A stretch of 64,000 bases of DNA from an uncultured Candidatus Rokubacteria bacterium (GCA_963771355.1 CAVYTA010000002.1:66481-130480), one strand, 5' to 3'; positions 10,584 to 20,658 are shown, counted from the first letter of the stretch. A program made the numbers and translations. Notes: generated by a model not told the origin, from the letters alone.

Positions 10584-11768
10584 CTAGCCCCGCATCGAGG
10601 TGAGCATGACCTCGAGCCCCACGCGCAGGCCCACCGGCAGCCCGTCCTCGTTCATCTCGAACTCGGGGGCATGGTGCGGCCGCGCCGGCCCGGTGGCGGG
10701 CGCGATGCCCACGCGGAAGTAGCAGCCGGGCCGCTCGCGGAGGAAGAGGCTCATGTCGTCGGAGGCCATCACGCGCCGGCCTTCGTCCACCGCGGCTTCG
10801 CCCATGGCGGTGGCGGCGCAGCGGTGCACGAAGTCGGTCTCCTTCGCGTGATTCACCACCGCGGGGCAGGAGCCCCCATCCATCAGCAGCCGCGCCTCCG
10901 CCCGGAAGGCGCGGGCCTGATGGGCGACGAAATCGCCGAGGCGCTGGATGAGCTGGTCGCGCACCGACTGCTCGAAGGCGCGGATGGTCCCCTTCATCAC
11001 CGCCCGGTCCGGAATGATGTTGCCCTTCGTCCCCGACGTGATCTGACCCACGGTGAGCACCGCGGTCTCCTGCGCCGGCACCTCGCGCGCCACCAGGCTC
11101 TGCATGCCGAGGAGGATGCTGGCCGCGGCGGTGATGGGGTCGATGGAGAGATGCGGCATCGCGCCGTGGCCGCCGGCACCCTTGATCTCCACGGTGAAGG
11201 CGTCGGCGGAGGCCATGGTGGGGCCGGGGCGCACCTGCACGTTGCCCACCGCGTTCAGCGTGGTGAGGTGGAGGCCGTAGACCTCGTCCACCCGCGGGTT
11301 GTCGAGCACGCCCGCCGCGATCATGGGCCGCGCCCCGCCCAGCACTTCCTCCGCGGGCTGGAAGAGGAACACCGCGATGCCGGGCATCTCGCCGCGCCGG
11401 GCGGCCAGGATCTCGGCCATGGTGATGGCGATGGCGGTGTGGCCGTCGTGGCCGCAGGCATGCATCACGCCGGGAGTGCCGGAAGCGAAGGGAGCCTCCA
11501 GGACCTCGGTGAGCGGCAGCGCGTCGGTGTCGGCCCGCCAGGCCACCGTCTTGCCGGGCAGGTCGCCCCGCAGCACGCCCACCACGCCGGTGCCCGCCAC
11601 CGCGCGCACCTCGAGCCCCGCCGCCTGGAGCCGCTCCGCGATGATCTGCGCGGTGCGCTGCTCCTGGAAGGACAGCTCCGGATGCCGGTGGAAGTCCCGC
11701 CGCAGCGCCACCAGGGCCTCGCGCCGCTTGTCCGCCTCCTGCGTCCAGTCCAGCCGCGTCTTGCTCAT
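10584..11768 (-). CDS. M20 family amidohydrolase
   Basis: HRHPELSF, RADTDALP, MHACGHDGH, FQPAEE, HHAPEF. Confidence 0.93.
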   Translation of the reverse strand: MSKTRLDWTQEADKRREALVALRRDFHRHPELSFQEQRTAQIIAERLQAAGLEVRAVAGTGVVGVLRGDLPGKTVAWRADTDALPLTEVLEAPFASGTPGVMHACGHDGHTAIAITMAEILAARRGEMPGIAVFLFQPAEEVLGGARPMIAAGVLDNPRVDEVYGLHLTTLNAVGNVQVRPGPTMASADAFTVEIKGAGGHGAMPHLSIDPITAAASILLGMQSLVAREVPAQETAVLTVGQITSGTKGNIIPDRAVMKGTIRAFEQSVRDQLIQRLGDFVAHQARAFRAEARLLMDGGSCPAVVNHAKETDFVHRCAATAMGEAAVDEGRRVMASDDMSLFLRERPGCYFRVGIAPATGPARPHHAPEFEMNEDGLPVGLRVGLEVMLTSMRG

Positions 11769-11829
11769 GATGCGTCCCCCTCAGGTTGGGTGCTCGGCCG
11801 CCACAAGGTAGCAGAGGCCGCGGGCGCTG

Positions 11830-13038
11830 TCACTCCGGGTCCGACCGCCACCAGAAGGTGATGAGGACCAGCGCGGCGACCCCGCTGACGCCGGCGCCGA
11901 GATAGGCGGCGGACACCGAGCTGCGCTCCGAGATCCAGCCCACCATGAACGAGCCGAGGGGAAAGGTGCCGCCGAAGATGAGGGTGTAGAGGCTCATCAC
12001 GCGGCCGCGCAGGGCATCGGGAGCGGCCAGCTGCAGCGCGGTATTGCACGAGGCCACCAGCATGATGCCGGACACGCCGATCACGAACAGCATCACCACC
12101 GCCACCCAGAAGTGCACCACCGCGCTCATGGCGATGAGGCTGCCGCAGGCCAGGAACCCGGCGGCGAGCACCTGCGGCAGCGGCAGCTGCGGCTGGCGGA
12201 GACTGCCCAGCGTCAGTGCGCCGGTCACCGCGCCCACCCCCACCGCCGCCATGAGGAAGCCGAAGCCGGCGGCGTCCACGCGCAGCACGTCGCGCGCGAG
12301 CAGCGGCACGTAGACGGAGAAGTTGAACACGGTGAGGCTCACCACGAAGAGCAACAGGAGGAGGAGGCGGATGCGGCGCACGGACAGCGCGTACCGGAGG
12401 CCTTCGCCCACATCCGCCAGCATGGAGCGCCCGCGCGCTCCCCGGGGCAGGCCCTCGGTGCGCATGCGGGCCAGCGCGACGATCACCACCGTGAACGACA
12501 GCGCGTTCAGGAGGAACGCGATGTCCACCCCGAAGCGGGAGATGAGCAGCCCCGCCACCACCGGGCCGATGATGCGCGCGGAGTTGAAGGCGGCGGAGTT
12601 GAGCGCCACCGCGTTGACGATGTCCGCCTTGCCCACCAGCTCGGCCACGAAGGACTGGCGGGTGGGCATGTCCACCGTGTTCACGCAGCCGAGCAGCAGC
12701 GCGAGCACGCAGACGTGCCAGTACTCCGCGTGGCCGAAGCGGACCAGGAGGCCGAGGGTCAGCGCCAGGAGCGAGATCATGATCTGGGTGAAGAGGAGCA
12801 CCCGGCGCTTCGGCAGGCGGTCGGCGAGGGCGCCGGTGAACACGGAGAAGAGCAGCACGGGGGCGAACTGCAAGGTGCCGATGAGCCCCAGCTTGAGCGG
12901 CGAGCCGGTGAGCTGCAGCACCAGCCACGCCTGCCCCACCGACTGCATCCACGAGCCAACCTGCGAGACCACCTGACCGATGTAGAACCGCCGGTAGTCC
13001 GGATGGTTCAGCGCCCGCAGCCCAGCCGGAAATTGCAT
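11830..13038 (-). CDS. MFS transporter (MFS_3)
   Basis: About 12 TM helices, GALADRLPKR, LRGRVMSLY. Confidence 0.92.
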   Translation of the reverse strand: MQFPAGLRALNHPDYRRFYIGQVVSQVGSWMQSVGQAWLVLQLTGSPLKLGLIGTLQFAPVLLFSVFTGALADRLPKRRVLLFTQIMISLLALTLGLLVRFGHAEYWHVCVLALLLGCVNTVDMPTRQSFVAELVGKADIVNAVALNSAAFNSARIIGPVVAGLLISRFGVDIAFLLNALSFTVVIVALARMRTEGLPRGARGRSMLADVGEGLRYALSVRRIRLLLLLLFVVSLTVFNFSVYVPLLARDVLRVDAAGFGFLMAAVGVGAVTGALTLGSLRQPQLPLPQVLAAGFLACGSLIAMSAVVHFWVAVVMLFVIGVSGIMLVASCNTALQLAAPDALRGRVMSLYTLIFGGTFPLGSFMVGWISERSSVSAAYLGAGVSGVAALVLITFWWRSDPE

Positions 13039-13065
13039 CTAGTCCCCGGTGGCACAGGCCGCCGG

Positions 13066-13182
13066 CGGCCGAGAAGGGTCCAGCTGCGAGGCGGCGCCCG
13101 ACGGCCGTACGCGAGGCGTACCCCTGGTACGTTGAGCGTGCGGCCGAGGGCGCCGACGAAGCAGATGGGCCCTTATCGGCCG
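13066..13182. mobile_element. ~117-bp palindromic MITE/REP-like element
   Basis: 22-bp terminal inverted repeats (19/22 match) at 13066-13087 and 13161-13182; nested stems ggcgccc/gggcgcc, cggccgtacgc/gcgtgcggccg, cgtac/gtacg; related half copy at 56901-56951. Confidence 0.7.
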
Positions 13183-13553
13183 TCGGCCAGTGCGATGCAG
13201 GCGAAAGCAACCTTGGCCGTGGTCGGCACCCCAAAGCGCGCGGTGTGACGCGCGGGCAGCCCGCCGGGGAAATGCTTCACGTATTCCGCGTTGATCTCGC
13301 GATAGTCGGCGGGATCGGTGATGAGGAGGGTCATCTGCACCACCCGCTCGAGCGAGGACCCCGCCGCGCGCAGGATGGCGGAGACGTTCTCCAGCGCCTG
13401 CCGCGTCTGCTCCGCCGCGGTGCCGGTGGGGGCGGCGCCCCCGGTGTCGTTGCCGGCCCCGGTGCCGGAGACGAAGACGAGGCCGGCCGCGCGCGTGGCC
13501 CGGGAAAACGCGCCGGGGGCCGGCGCGGCGGGCGGATTGAAGAACTCGATCAT
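13173..13553 (-). CDS. RidA/YjgF family protein
   Basis: GLVFVSG, EQTRQALEN, INAEY, LPARHT. Confidence 0.85.
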   Translation of the reverse strand: MIEFFNPPAAPAPGAFSRATRAAGLVFVSGTGAGNDTGGAAPTGTAAEQTRQALENVSAILRAAGSSLERVVQMTLLITDPADYREINAEYVKHFPGGLPARHTARFGVPTTAKVAFACIALADGR

Positions 13554-13617
13554 GCGCGCGTCCTCCTTGACGTACGGCCGGGTCTGGCCGATGATTCGGG
13601 CTGCGTCCAACCCTACC

Positions 13618-14052
13618 ATGCAATCGACATCCGACGACTTCCTCGCCGCCGTCCGCGAGCGCGCGCACGCGAACCTCTACTGGCGGACGCTCGGCGTCCA
13701 GGTGGAGGACGCGCGCGAGGGCTGGGTGCGGCTGCGGGTGGCGGCGCGGGACGAGCTGCGTAATGCCGCCGGCGCCCCCGTGCACGGAGGCGTCCTCTCC
13801 GCCCTGGTGGACATGGCGGTGGGCGGCGCGCTGTCGACCCTCCACGCGTCCGCCACCGGCGGCGTGGGGCAGTCCACCCTCGACCTCAACGTGAGCTTTC
13901 TCGCCGCCGCGCGCGGCGACGTCGTCGCGGAGGGCCGTATCCTCCGCCGCGGCCGCACCATCGCCTTCGGGGAGGCGTCCATCTCCGACGACGAGGGCAC
14001 CGTGGTCGCGGTCGGCCGCGCGACCTACATGATCCTGGCGCCGAAACCCTAG
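13618..14052 (+). CDS. PaaI family thioesterase (hotdog fold)
   Basis: N..G..VHGGVLSALVD motif. Confidence 0.9.
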   Translation: MQSTSDDFLAAVRERAHANLYWRTLGVQVEDAREGWVRLRVAARDELRNAAGAPVHGGVLSALVDMAVGGALSTLHASATGGVGQSTLDLNVSFLAAARGDVVAEGRILRRGRTIAFGEASISDDEGTVVAVGRATYMILAPKP

Positions 14053-14082
14053 ACTGATCCCGCACCAGAAAAGGAGCGTCCC

Positions 14083-15054
14083 GTGCCCACCAAGATCGTC
14101 TTCTCCCCGCCGATGCCCAAGGACATCATGGACGAGTGCCGCGCCATGGTCCCGCAAGGATACGAGCTGGCCGTGGTGGAGCGCGGGGTCGGGGGCGGCA
14201 TCGAGGCCCACCGGGACGCCGAGTACTTCATCGGCTTTGCCCGCGGGGACATGGGACCGAACTTCTACCAGGCACTGCCGAAGCTCAAGCTCGTCCAGCT
14301 CATCAGCGCGGGCTATGACCGTCTCGACGTGGCGGCGGCCAAGCAGGCGGGCGTGCCGGTGGCCAACAACGGGGGTGCCAACTCCACCGCGGTGGCCGAG
14401 CACACCTGGCTCCTCATCCTGAGCGTGCTCAAGCGCCTGGCCTGGCAGCACAACAACGTGGTGGCCGGGAAGTGGCGCATCGGCGACCTCGCCGAGAACC
14501 GCCTCTACGAGGTGGAGGGCAAGACGCTCGGCATCGTCGGGCTCGGCACCATCGGCAAGAAGGTGGCGCGCCGGGCCCACGGCTTCGACATGCCGGTGAT
14601 CTACTACGACACCGTGCGCCTCACCGAGGACCAGGAGAACGCGCTCGGCGTCCGCTTCGTGCTCCTCGACGAGCTCCTGCGCACCGCGGACGTGGTGAGC
14701 CTGCACGTGCCGCTCAACGCGGCAACGAAGAGCCTCATGAGCGCGCGGCAGTTCGGCCTCATGAAGCCGTCCGCGGTGCTCATCAATACCTGCCGGGGTC
14801 CGGTGGTGGACGAGACCGCATTGCACCAGGCGCTGGTGAGCGGCCAGATCGCGGGCGCCGGCCTCGACGTGATGGCGGAGGAGCCGGGCAAGCCCGGGCA
14901 TCCCCTCTACGCCGCCCCCAACATCACCATCACCCCGCACATGGCCGGCCCCACCTGGGAGAACTGGCCCAAGGCCTTCCGCAACGCCTTCGACAACGTC
15001 CAGCGCGTGGCCCGGGGCGACCGGGCGATGTGGATCATTCCGGAGCTCCGCTAG
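14083..15054 (+). CDS. D-2-hydroxyacid dehydrogenase
   Basis: AVAEH, GIVGLGTIG, INTCRG, GLDV, ITPHMAG. Confidence 0.93.
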   Translation: MPTKIVFSPPMPKDIMDECRAMVPQGYELAVVERGVGGGIEAHRDAEYFIGFARGDMGPNFYQALPKLKLVQLISAGYDRLDVAAAKQAGVPVANNGGANSTAVAEHTWLLILSVLKRLAWQHNNVVAGKWRIGDLAENRLYEVEGKTLGIVGLGTIGKKVARRAHGFDMPVIYYDTVRLTEDQENALGVRFVLLDELLRTADVVSLHVPLNAATKSLMSARQFGLMKPSAVLINTCRGPVVDETALHQALVSGQIAGAGLDVMAEEPGKPGHPLYAAPNITITPHMAGPTWENWPKAFRNAFDNVQRVARGDRAMWIIPELR

Positions 15055-15083
15055 TGGCCGGAGCTCCGCTAGTGGCCGGAGCT
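15040..15083 (+). repeat. 18-bp tandem repeat (ccggagctccgctagtgg x2 plus partial) spanning the stop codon
   Basis: Copies at 15040-15057 and 15058-15075, partial at 15076-15083. Confidence 0.9.
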
Positions 15084-15091
15084 GCGCGAGC

Positions 15092-16522
15092 ATGACGTCC
15101 TTCCCCGAGTACGAGCAATACGACGCCCTCGGCCTCGCCGAGCTGGTGAAGTGGGGGAAGGTTTCCCCGCCCGAGCTCCTCGAGGCGGCGATCGAGCGCG
15201 TCGAGGCGCGCAATCCGATCGTCAACGCGGTGGTGATGAAGCTCTACGACTACGGGCGCAAGACCATCGCGGACGGGCTTCCCGAGGGGTCTTTCCGCGG
15301 CGTGCCGTTCCTGATGAAGGACCTCACCGCCTCCCTGGCCGGCGTCCCCATGACCCGCGGCTCGAAGTTCTTCGCCGACTCCCCGCCCGCCGCCGCCGAC
15401 AGCGAGCACGTCAAGCGGCTCAAGCGCGCGGGCCTCGTCATCTTCGGGCGCACCAACACCTGCGAGCTGGGCCTCTCGCTGACCTGCGAGCCGCGGCAGT
15501 ACGGGCCCACCCGGAACCCGTGGGACCCCAGCCGCATCTCCGGCGGCTCCAGCGGCGGCGCCGCGGCCGCGGTGGGCTCGCGCATGCTGCCCATGGCCCA
15601 CGCCACCGACGGCTTCGGGTCGATCCGGGCGCCCGCCGCGTGCTGCGGGCTGGTCGGCCTCAAGCCGACGCGCGCGCGCAATACCATGGCGCCCTTCACC
15701 GGCGAGGGGCTGGGCGGACTCTCGGCCGAGCACGCGGTCACGCTCTCGGTGCGCGACAGTGCCGCGTTGCTGGACGCGACCGCCGGACCCGGCCCGGGCG
15801 ATCCCTATCAGACGGTGGCCGCCACGCGTCCGTATGTCCGGGAGGTCGGCGCCGATCCCGGCAAGCTACGCATCGCTTTCACGTCGAAGACGCCCAATGG
15901 CGCACCGGTGGAAGCGGAGAGCCTCCGCGTGCTGCAGGAGACGGCCCGCCTCTGCGCAGAGCTCGGCCATACCGTGGAGGAAGTGGATCCGGAGATCGAT
16001 GGCGCCGCCGTGGTGCCGACCTTCCTCACCCTCGCCGCCGCCAATACCGTGGTGAACCTCGGCAGCCACCCCACCGCGGGCCGGCCCGCGCGCGAGGACG
16101 AGGTGGAGACGGTGACGTGGGCCACGGGCAAGCTCGGCGAGAAGGTGACGGGCGCCGAGTACGTGCGGGCGACGCAGACCGCGCATCGTCTGGGCCGGCA
16201 GATGGCCGCCTTTCACCTGCGCTGGGACGTGCTGCTCACCCCCGGGCTGGCCACCCTGCCCCCGCGGCTGGGCTGGATCGACATGATGCTGGACGACGTG
16301 CAGGAATACTGGCGGCGCGTCTTCCACATGTCGCCGTTCACGGTGTGGTTCAACCTCACCGGTCAGCCCGCCATGATGCTGCCGCTGGGCGTCAGCGACG
16401 CGCTTCCGGTGGCGGTGCAGCTGGTGGGCCGCTTCGGCGACGAGGCCACGATGTTCCGCCTCGCCTCCCAGCTCGAGAAGGCGCGTCCCTGGTTCGACCG
16501 GCTCCCGCCGATCGCGCGCTGA
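15092..16522 (+). CDS. Amidase (NylA-like amidase signature family)
   Basis: FLMKD, GGSSGG, ATDGFGSIR. Confidence 0.92.
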   Translation: MTSFPEYEQYDALGLAELVKWGKVSPPELLEAAIERVEARNPIVNAVVMKLYDYGRKTIADGLPEGSFRGVPFLMKDLTASLAGVPMTRGSKFFADSPPAAADSEHVKRLKRAGLVIFGRTNTCELGLSLTCEPRQYGPTRNPWDPSRISGGSSGGAAAAVGSRMLPMAHATDGFGSIRAPAACCGLVGLKPTRARNTMAPFTGEGLGGLSAEHAVTLSVRDSAALLDATAGPGPGDPYQTVAATRPYVREVGADPGKLRIAFTSKTPNGAPVEAESLRVLQETARLCAELGHTVEEVDPEIDGAAVVPTFLTLAAANTVVNLGSHPTAGRPAREDEVETVTWATGKLGEKVTGAEYVRATQTAHRLGRQMAAFHLRWDVLLTPGLATLPPRLGWIDMMLDDVQEYWRRVFHMSPFTVWFNLTGQPAMMLPLGVSDALPVAVQLVGRFGDEATMFRLASQLEKARPWFDRLPPIAR

Positions 16523-16549
16523 CCGCGGGGCGGCGGCACCCCGGCCCGG

Positions 16550-17392
16550 TCAGCGCGCCATGAGCCGGCGCCCAGCCTCACGGATCTTGCCGACGTCGTA
16601 GGGCGGCTGGACGAGCAGGATGAGCCGGGCCACGCCGAGGGCTTCGAGCCCCGCGCGCGGAGCCGAACCCGCACTGAGCCAGCCGTCGGCCAGCCCCGTG
16701 AAGACGGTGACGAGGAAGCCCGCCGGGTCGCGCCCCGACTCGCGATGCGCGTCCCGCGCCACCCGCACCAGCTCGGCCAGCTGCGGATGCCGGGCCTGGG
16801 TATTGAACCCGTCGGCCCAGCGCCCCGCGATGCCGGCCATGCGCGGCCCGAAGCCGCCCACCACGATGGGCGGCGCGCCGGCCGGCGGCCCCGGGTGGAG
16901 AAATCCATCCGGGCGCACGAGGCGATAGTGCGTCCCGGCGAAATCCGACGGGTCCCCCGCCCAGAGTCGCTTCATCACCTGGCACGCCTCGGCCACCCGC
17001 GCCGCACGCACGGCGTCGGGCTCGACCCTGAGCCCGATGGATTCGTGCTCACGCGCGTAGGGCAGGCTGCGATTGCCGCCCGCGCCGATGCCGAGCAGCA
17101 GGCGGCCGCCGGACACCTGCTGGAGGGTGGCCGCCATGTTGGCGAGAAGGCCCGGATGCCGGCTGCCGACATTGAGCACCAGCGAGCCCAGCATGATGCG
17201 CCGGGTGGCCTCGGCCAGCGCGGAGAGCACGGTCCAGACCTCGGGCACCGGCGAGTCCCCTCCGCCATCGGGATCGCGGAGGTGATCCCAGGTCCAGAGG
17301 CCGTCGAAGCCCGCCTCTTCCGCGGCCACCGCCGCCGCCCGGATACCGGCCCACGTCGCGCCCATTGGAATGAGGAGGAGATCGGTCTTCAC
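16550..17392 (-). CDS. LLM class flavin-dependent oxidoreductase
   Basis: GFDGLWTWDH, SGGRLLLGIGAG, PIVVGG; GTG start with GGAGG RBS. Confidence 0.88.
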   Translation of the reverse strand: MKTDLLLIPMGATWAGIRAAAVAAEEAGFDGLWTWDHLRDPDGGGDSPVPEVWTVLSALAEATRRIMLGSLVLNVGSRHPGLLANMAATLQQVSGGRLLLGIGAGGNRSLPYAREHESIGLRVEPDAVRAARVAEACQVMKRLWAGDPSDFAGTHYRLVRPDGFLHPGPPAGAPPIVVGGFGPRMAGIAGRWADGFNTQARHPQLAELVRVARDAHRESGRDPAGFLVTVFTGLADGWLSAGSAPRAGLEALGVARLILLVQPPYDVGKIREAGRRLMAR

Positions 17393-17417
17393 GCGGGTTG
17401 CCTCCAGGCGGGGCGGG

Positions 17418-18656
17418 CTAGAAGAACGTGTAGTACATGCTGACAGAGAAAGTGTCCATCGATCGCGCAGTGGGCGCCAGCACGTGGCTCTCGTCGTAGC
17501 GTGCCCGGAACACCTTCTCGTCGGCCTGGTCGTGCCGGTACTCGACCCGGCCCACCAGCCCACGCCACAGGCGGTACTGGAGCGTCACCGTGGTGGACCA
17601 GAGCGAGACCTTGTTGTCGAGCCCGGTGCGCGCGCCCTGCGCATCCTTGAAGTATTCCTGGCGCAGGGCCACCCGGAAGCGCTCGGTGAAATTGTAGGCG
17701 CCCCAGAGCCCCCAGCCCCACCAGGTGGCGTCCGTGTTTTGCCGGTTGCCGGCTGCCACCTCGGAGGCCTCGCGCGTCTCCTTGCCTCCGGTGAGCTCGG
17801 CGGCAAGCGTCACCTTCTCGATGCCGGTATAGACCGCTACCGCGTCGAGGATCCAGCGCTGGTGGGTGTCGTTGTTGGTCTGCTCAGGACCCACGATGGT
17901 GCCCACAGCGACATAGAACTCCTTGCTCGGCGTGATGAGGAATCCGCCCCCGAAAGAGGGGCTGCGGTTATTGTCCTCGCTGGTATCCGAGCCCGTGGCC
18001 GCACCCACCTGGACGGTGAGCCAGTCCGTGAACGAGTAGTTGACGACCCCGCCGGTCTGGGTGAACGGACCGGCCAGATTGAAGAGGTAGCCGCGGGAAA
18101 AGTTGAGATTGTTCGGCGACTCGATCACCTCATAGCCCAGAAGGCTCACCCACTTGCCGCCCTTGATCGTGATCCCCGAGCCCAGCGGGATCTTGACCGA
18201 GAAGTAGGCTTCCTGGACGTCGAAGTAGGATGTGTTCCGGAAGGGAAACTGGTCGTCCTCGTCGCGGAAAATGCCCAGCGAGTGATTTTTCTGCGAGTCT
18301 TGCCCGGCCGTCACCACCAGCCCGAACCCGAACGGGTAGCGCTCGGACGGGTCCTTCTTGATGGAGAATTCCGCGATATTGAACGTGAAGCCCTCGTAGT
18401 AGTCGTAGACGCGCAGATCGTTCACCCCGCCACGGCTGGCGCCGGTCAGGTTCCACGTGAAGCTCTGCTCGAGATAGGCGAAGAGCTTGAGCTCGTCACG
18501 GAATGACGGCGGCTTGTCGTCCGGCACCCTGGGGGAGACGGCCGGCGGGGCGGCCTCGGACGGAGCCGCGGGGGGCGACTGGGCCAGGGTCGGGACGGGC
18601 GAGAGGACGTACAGTCCGGCGAGGAGCCCGGCGAGGCGCATCGGCCGCATCCTCAT
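17418..18656 (-). CDS. Outer-membrane beta-barrel porin (BBP2/DUF1597-like)
   Basis: Signal peptide, QEAY, GYEVIES..N.NFSR..LF, RVEYRHD, C-terminal Phe. Confidence 0.85.
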   Translation of the reverse strand: MRMRPMRLAGLLAGLYVLSPVPTLAQSPPAAPSEAAPPAVSPRVPDDKPPSFRDELKLFAYLEQSFTWNLTGASRGGVNDLRVYDYYEGFTFNIAEFSIKKDPSERYPFGFGLVVTAGQDSQKNHSLGIFRDEDDQFPFRNTSYFDVQEAYFSVKIPLGSGITIKGGKWVSLLGYEVIESPNNLNFSRGYLFNLAGPFTQTGGVVNYSFTDWLTVQVGAATGSDTSEDNNRSPSFGGGFLITPSKEFYVAVGTIVGPEQTNNDTHQRWILDAVAVYTGIEKVTLAAELTGGKETREASEVAAGNRQNTDATWWGWGLWGAYNFTERFRVALRQEYFKDAQGARTGLDNKVSLWSTTVTLQYRLWRGLVGRVEYRHDQADEKVFRARYDESHVLAPTARSMDTFSVSMYYTFF

Positions 18657-18716
18657 GATGGTTGGGGGATTCTACCGTGGCCGGAGCCGACACGAAGTTG
18701 ATACTCTGCACGTGCC

Positions 18717-19673
18717 GTGATCGCCCCCATCAAGTTCGGTTTCTCGCTCACCGGGCGCGGCGCCCTGGCCAACCGCGAGGCCATCACCCGCCTCGCTCAG
18801 CGTGCGGACACGCTCGGGTTCGACTCCATCTTCGTGACCGACCGCATGCTCATTCCCGTCTCGCCGACCTCCGGCTACCCCTACTCCCCCACCGGCGCCT
18901 TCCCGCTGGGCCCCGACGAGCCCTGGCTCGAGGCGCTCACCGCGGTGAACTACCTGGCCACCGTCACCCGCCGCATACACGTCGGCACCAGCGTCCTGGT
19001 GGTGCCGTATCGCAATCCCGTCTTCACCGCCCGCGCGCTGGCGACGGCGGACTATCTGTCCGGGGGGCGGATCATCCTCGGCGCGGGGGTCGGCTGGTGG
19101 CGGGCGGAGTTCGCCGCGCTCGGCGTGCCCTTCGAGGAGCGCGCGGCGCGCACGGACGAGGCGCTGCGCATCATGAAGGCGGTGTGGACCCGGCCGCGCA
19201 TCACCTACAAGGGGCGCTTCTGGCAGATCGAGGAGGCGGGCGGAGTGTTCCCGCAGCCGGTACAGCGCCCGCACATCCCCATCTGGATCGGCGGCCACAC
19301 CGACGCCGCCCTCCGCCGGGTGGTGGCGCTGGCCGACGGCTGGCACCCCCTGGGCCTGCGGCCGCCGGTGGCGCTGCATCCGCCGGAGATGGGCGCGGCG
19401 GTGCGGCGCCTCCGCGACATGGCGTCCGCAGCCGGACGCGATCCCGGGAGCATCGTGGTCACGTTCAAGGGCCCCGTGAAGTTCGATCTGGCCGCACCCG
19501 TCGAGCGCCCGCCGCTCACCGGCTCCGCCGACCAGATCGTCGAGGATCTGTGCCTCTACGTCGCCGCCGGCGTGGAGCACTTCATCCTCGACTTCTCGGT
19601 GCCGACGGTGCCGGAGATGCTCGACGTGCTCGAGCGCATCACGGCCGACGTCCGCCCGCGCGTCCGCGCCTGA
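18717..19673 (+). CDS. LLM class (F420-dependent-like) oxidoreductase
   Basis: GFDSIFVTD, SGGRIILGAGVGW, PIWIGG, DGWHP. Confidence 0.9.
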   Translation: MIAPIKFGFSLTGRGALANREAITRLAQRADTLGFDSIFVTDRMLIPVSPTSGYPYSPTGAFPLGPDEPWLEALTAVNYLATVTRRIHVGTSVLVVPYRNPVFTARALATADYLSGGRIILGAGVGWWRAEFAALGVPFEERAARTDEALRIMKAVWTRPRITYKGRFWQIEEAGGVFPQPVQRPHIPIWIGGHTDAALRRVVALADGWHPLGLRPPVALHPPEMGAAVRRLRDMASAAGRDPGSIVVTFKGPVKFDLAAPVERPPLTGSADQIVEDLCLYVAAGVEHFILDFSVPTVPEMLDVLERITADVRPRVRA

Positions 19674-19816
19674 GCGGAGCGCCCCTGGCGCCGCCCACCG
19701 CCGCCGCGACGCGCTCGCTGGCCGCCACCTTCGGGGCGTCGGACGCGGCCGGCCGGCCTCGCCCACGCCGGGCGCGCGAAGTTGAAGCGGCGGCGCGAAC
19801 CTGGGACAATCCCCTC

Positions 19817-20164
19817 ATGAGATACCTCTACGCCGCACTCCTGGCGATCGCGCTCTCGCCGGGCCCCGCCTTGGCCCATCACGGCTGGAGCGGGTACGAC
19901 AGCGACAAGACCCTCAACCTCACCGGCACCATCCGCGAGGCCGGCTACGAGCACCCGCACGGCTACATGAGGCTCGAGGTGCCCGGCAAGACCTGGCTCG
20001 TCGTCCTGGCCCCACCCTCGCGCATGGAGAACCGCGGACTCCAGCGGGCGGCCCTCACACCGGGCAAGACCGCGACGGTGGTCGGGTACCCGAACCGCAC
20101 CGACCCGAACGAGCTGCGGGCGGAGCGAATCACACTGGACGGCAAGACCACCGAGCTCCGTTGA
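19817..20164 (+). CDS. DUF6152-like secreted protein
   Basis: Signal peptide followed by HHGWSGYD, EHPHG, RAERIT. Confidence 0.8.
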   Translation: MRYLYAALLAIALSPGPALAHHGWSGYDSDKTLNLTGTIREAGYEHPHGYMRLEVPGKTWLVVLAPPSRMENRGLQRAALTPGKTATVVGYPNRTDPNELRAERITLDGKTTELR

Positions 20165-20658
20165 TCCACGACCCGCAGGCGGCGGCCTGGCTGGTCTGGC
20201 TGGAGTCCAGCGCGCTCGCGGTGGCGATGCGGAAGTGGATGTGGCTATACCCCGCCGTGGAGATCGTCCACATCACCGGCATCGTGGCCCTGGTGGGCGG
20301 GGCCATCTTCTTCGACCTGCGGCTCCTCGGCCTCTCGCGCGGCCTTCCCGTCGCCACGCTGGCCCGGCACCTCCTGCCGTGGTCGCGCGTGGGCCTGGGC
20401 CTGATGGCCGTTTCCGGCGCGCTCATGTTCACCGCGCACGCGACGGAGTGGGCGGAGAACCCCGCCTTCCGCGTGAAGATGCTCCTCATCATCGCCGCCG
20501 GTCTGAACGCGTGGGCCTTCCACCGCTGGCCCTTCCGCAGCGTGGCCCGCTGGGACCGCGAGATGCCGGCTCCGCCCCGCGCCCGTGTCGCCGCGGTTCT
20601 TTCCATCGCGCTCTGGCTGTCCGTGATCACCTGCGGCCGCCTCCTCGCCTACCTCTGA
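20161..20658 (+). CDS. DUF6644/DUF2214-like 4-TM membrane protein
   Basis: YPAVEIVH, DLRLLG, NPAFRVKM, SIALW..V..CGRLLAY. Confidence 0.8.
   Translation: MIHDPQAAAWLVWLESSALAVAMRKWMWLYPAVEIVHITGIVALVGGAIFFDLRLLGLSRGLPVATLARHLLPWSRVGLGLMAVSGALMFTAHATEWAENPAFRVKMLLIIAAGLNAWAFHRWPFRSVARWDREMPAPPRARVAAVLSIALWLSVITCGRLLAYL

Noticed and set aside
15040..15083. Possible CRISPR array
   Set aside because: Direct tandem 18-mers without spacers, and no cas genes
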